In this document: positions 61,929-64,000 of the stretch, in pieces
Layout: each line of letters begins with the position of its first letter
Numbering within the stretch: position 1 is the first letter of the stretch
NCBI GenBank assembly: GCA_002269645.1
Contig: NIVC01000032.1
Location: forward strand, 620,001-684,000
DNA length: 64,000 nt
Origin: Macrostomum lignano
Lineage: Eukaryota
Reading direction: 5' to 3'
The notes under the pieces: generated by a model
The model's database searches: none
What the model saw: only the letters and a program-made list of their open reading frames with translations
What the model was told of the DNA's origin: nothing
Position numbers and translations under genes: made by a program

Positions 61929-63551
61929 TTAGCGCCGCTTTTTACCATCCGGCCTAGCCTCCACCACAGCCGCTGGAAAGTACTCTCTGTACCGTTGCGC
62001 AAGATAGGTCGGCAACCAGGCAACAAGGCAGCACGAATAGGGCACAATGTACTTTTGAGCGAAGCACATTAGATCGCTGGCAACGCCTGGCTGGCTGGGC
62101 AGGCACAGCAGCAGCATGGCGCACAGTATGTGCCCGGCAAAGTACATAGCCGACCAAAACCTCAAAGCGTAGCCCATCTCCAATAGGAAAAACACTCCCT
62201 GAGCATAGTTCTGAGCTAGATTGGCGCACAATCCAGTCAGACAGTCGTAAGCCAAGCTGGCACTTCGACTAGTTTGAAAGTGCGGCCGCACTAACCGTCG
62301 GACACGTCTGGCCGTGAAGGTGAACACGGCGAAGGTGACAAAGAAGCAATAGTAGCCGGGGTAAAAACCGTGCCACAAGGCAGACAGGGCGAAGGTCAGC
62401 AGGGTGGCGTGACGCCCGGGGCTGCGTTCGTACACGAGCTCGCGGAGCCACCTGCGGGATGAGAGAGCGAAATCTCAGCCCGATGAGACACTAACTGATG
62501 GAAATCTCATCCCATTGAGACACTAACTGATGGAAATCTCATCCCATTGAGACTCTAACTGATGGAAATCTCATCCCATTGAGACTCTAACTGATGGAAA
62601 TCTCATCCCATTGAGACTCTAACTGATGGAAATCTCATCCCATTGAGACACTAACTGATGGAAATCTCATCCCATTGAGACTCTAACTGATGGAAATCTC
62701 ATCCCATTGAGACTCTAACTGATGGAAATCTCATCCCATTGAGACACTAACTGATGAAAATCTCATCCCATTGAGACTCTAATTGATGGAAATCTCATCC
62801 CATTGAGACTCTAACTGATGGAAATCTCATACCATTGAGACTCTAACTGATGAAAATCTCATCCCATTGAGACTCTAACTGATGGAAATCTCATACCATT
62901 GAGACTCTAACTGATGGAAATCTCATACCATTGAGACTCTAACTGATGGAAATCTCATACCATTGAGACTCTAACTGATGGAAATCTCATACCATTGAGA
63001 CTCTAACTGATGGAAATCTCATCCCATTGAGACACTAACTGATGGAAATCTCATCCCATTGAGACTCTAACTGATGGAAATCTCATACCATTGAGACTCT
63101 AACTGATGGAAATCTCATACCATTGAGACACTAACTGATGGAAACCTCATCCCATTGAGACTCTAACTGATGAAAATCTCATCCTATTGAGATACTGACA
63201 TTTGAATATCTCAACTATAAAGTCTCACTTCAATAGATTAAACAACCCAACCCAACAATGCCAGTCCTCACAATGCGGCACTAACCTGGCAGTTGACACA
63301 TTCCAACCGGCCACAACAGCTCGAATACTGGTGCCAATTTCGACGTCTTTGAAAAAGAAGCTTTTAGCCAGATCGTATCGCGGCTTGCCAGTAGACGGAT
63401 CGGTGCCGCTGAAGCCGAAGCCGTGGGCCAGACAGGCCGCCTCAGCCAGGGACCAGGCGAAGTAGTACTTGCAGCGGACCAGAAAGAATGCGCCGCTGAC
63501 GTATAGAATTCGACGAGGCAGACTGAGCTGGGCGAAAGTGTCCGAGACAAC
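61929..63551 (-). CDS. MBOAT1/2 (lysophospholipid acyltransferase)-like, last two exons 63551-63286 and 62451-61929; 5' exons outside the window
   Basis: RCKYYFAW..AEA, WNVSTAR|WLRELVYER across a phase-2 GT-AG intron, catalytic SALWHGFYPGYY, and a C-terminal KKRR (KKxx ER-retrieval-type) motif. Confidence 0.92.
62480..63195. repeat. Intronic 32-bp minisatellite GAGACTCTAACTGATGGAAATCTCATCCCATT
   Basis: About 22 units filling the last MBOAT intron. Confidence 0.94.
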
Positions 63552-63669
63552 CTGAGAAGGTGGGTAGGCTGGTTAAATCTAGTCATTTTCTGTAGCGATT
63601 TTCCCATAAAGCCATAGGATTTTCCTTTGAAGCTTTGGGATTTTTTATTGAAGGTTTGGGGATTCTACA

Positions 63670-64000
63670 ATAAAGCTACGAAATTCCCTATATTAAAGCT
63701 GCGGAATTCCCCATATTAAAGCTGCGGAATTCCCCATATTAAAGCTACGGAATTCCCCATATTAAAGCTACGGAATTCTCCATATTAAAGCTACGGAATT
63801 CCCCATATTAAAGCTACGGAATTCCCCATATTAAAGCTACGGAATTCTCCATATTAAAGCTGCGGAATTCCCCATATTAAAGCTGCGGAATTCCCCATAT
63901 TAAAGCTATGGAATTTCTCATATTAAAGCTACGGAATTCCCCATATTAAAGCTATGGAATTTCTCATATTAAAGCTACGGAATTCTCCATATTAAAGCTA
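63670..64000. repeat. Intronic 23-bp minisatellite ATTAAAGCTACGGAATTCCCCAT
   Basis: About 14 units running off the window end. Confidence 0.92.

Noticed and set aside
62480-63195. Hammerhead ribozyme array (CTGATG...GAAA in each unit)
   Set aside because: CTGATGG/GAAA are adjacent with no stem II between CUGANGA and GAAA, so the core cannot form.

Overview
Eukaryotic (animal, invertebrate-type) genomic DNA, not prokaryotic. It has GT-AG spliceosomal introns, and almost every large intron and intergenic gap is filled by a different minisatellite or microsatellite array. This architecture resembles a Macrostomum-type flatworm genome (inference only). Genes: PLAC8-family gene (+), Shisa/WBP1/VOPP1-like PY-motif membrane protein (-), 3-exon bacterial-type enolase-superfamily enzyme closest to cis-3-hydroxy-L-proline dehydratase (+), 3' remnant of a second PLAC8 copy, 2-exon myosuppressin/FMRFamide-type peptide GPCR (-), 5-exon Mad/Mxi/Mnt bHLH-ZIP repressor (+), and the last two exons of an MBOAT1/2-like acyltransferase (-). 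Mobile DNA: two Ty3/Gypsy elements, a deleted D34D mariner, a tRNA-headed CORE-SINE, two hAT-type MITEs and an unresolved LTR-like/(AAC)n insertion. Best leads: (1) an intron-containing bacterial-type hydroxyproline dehydratase that is missing from a sister copy of an old tandem duplication; (2) a 274-bp hAT-type MITE carrying a 64-nt copy of the 28S rRNA R2/Pokey/homing-endonuclease target region with the cut site scrambled; (3) a TA-CG-TA insertion in a Gypsy integrase that matches the ends of the resident mariner. No CRISPR array and no true rRNA or tRNA gene was found. No searches were run; family calls rest on motif recognition.
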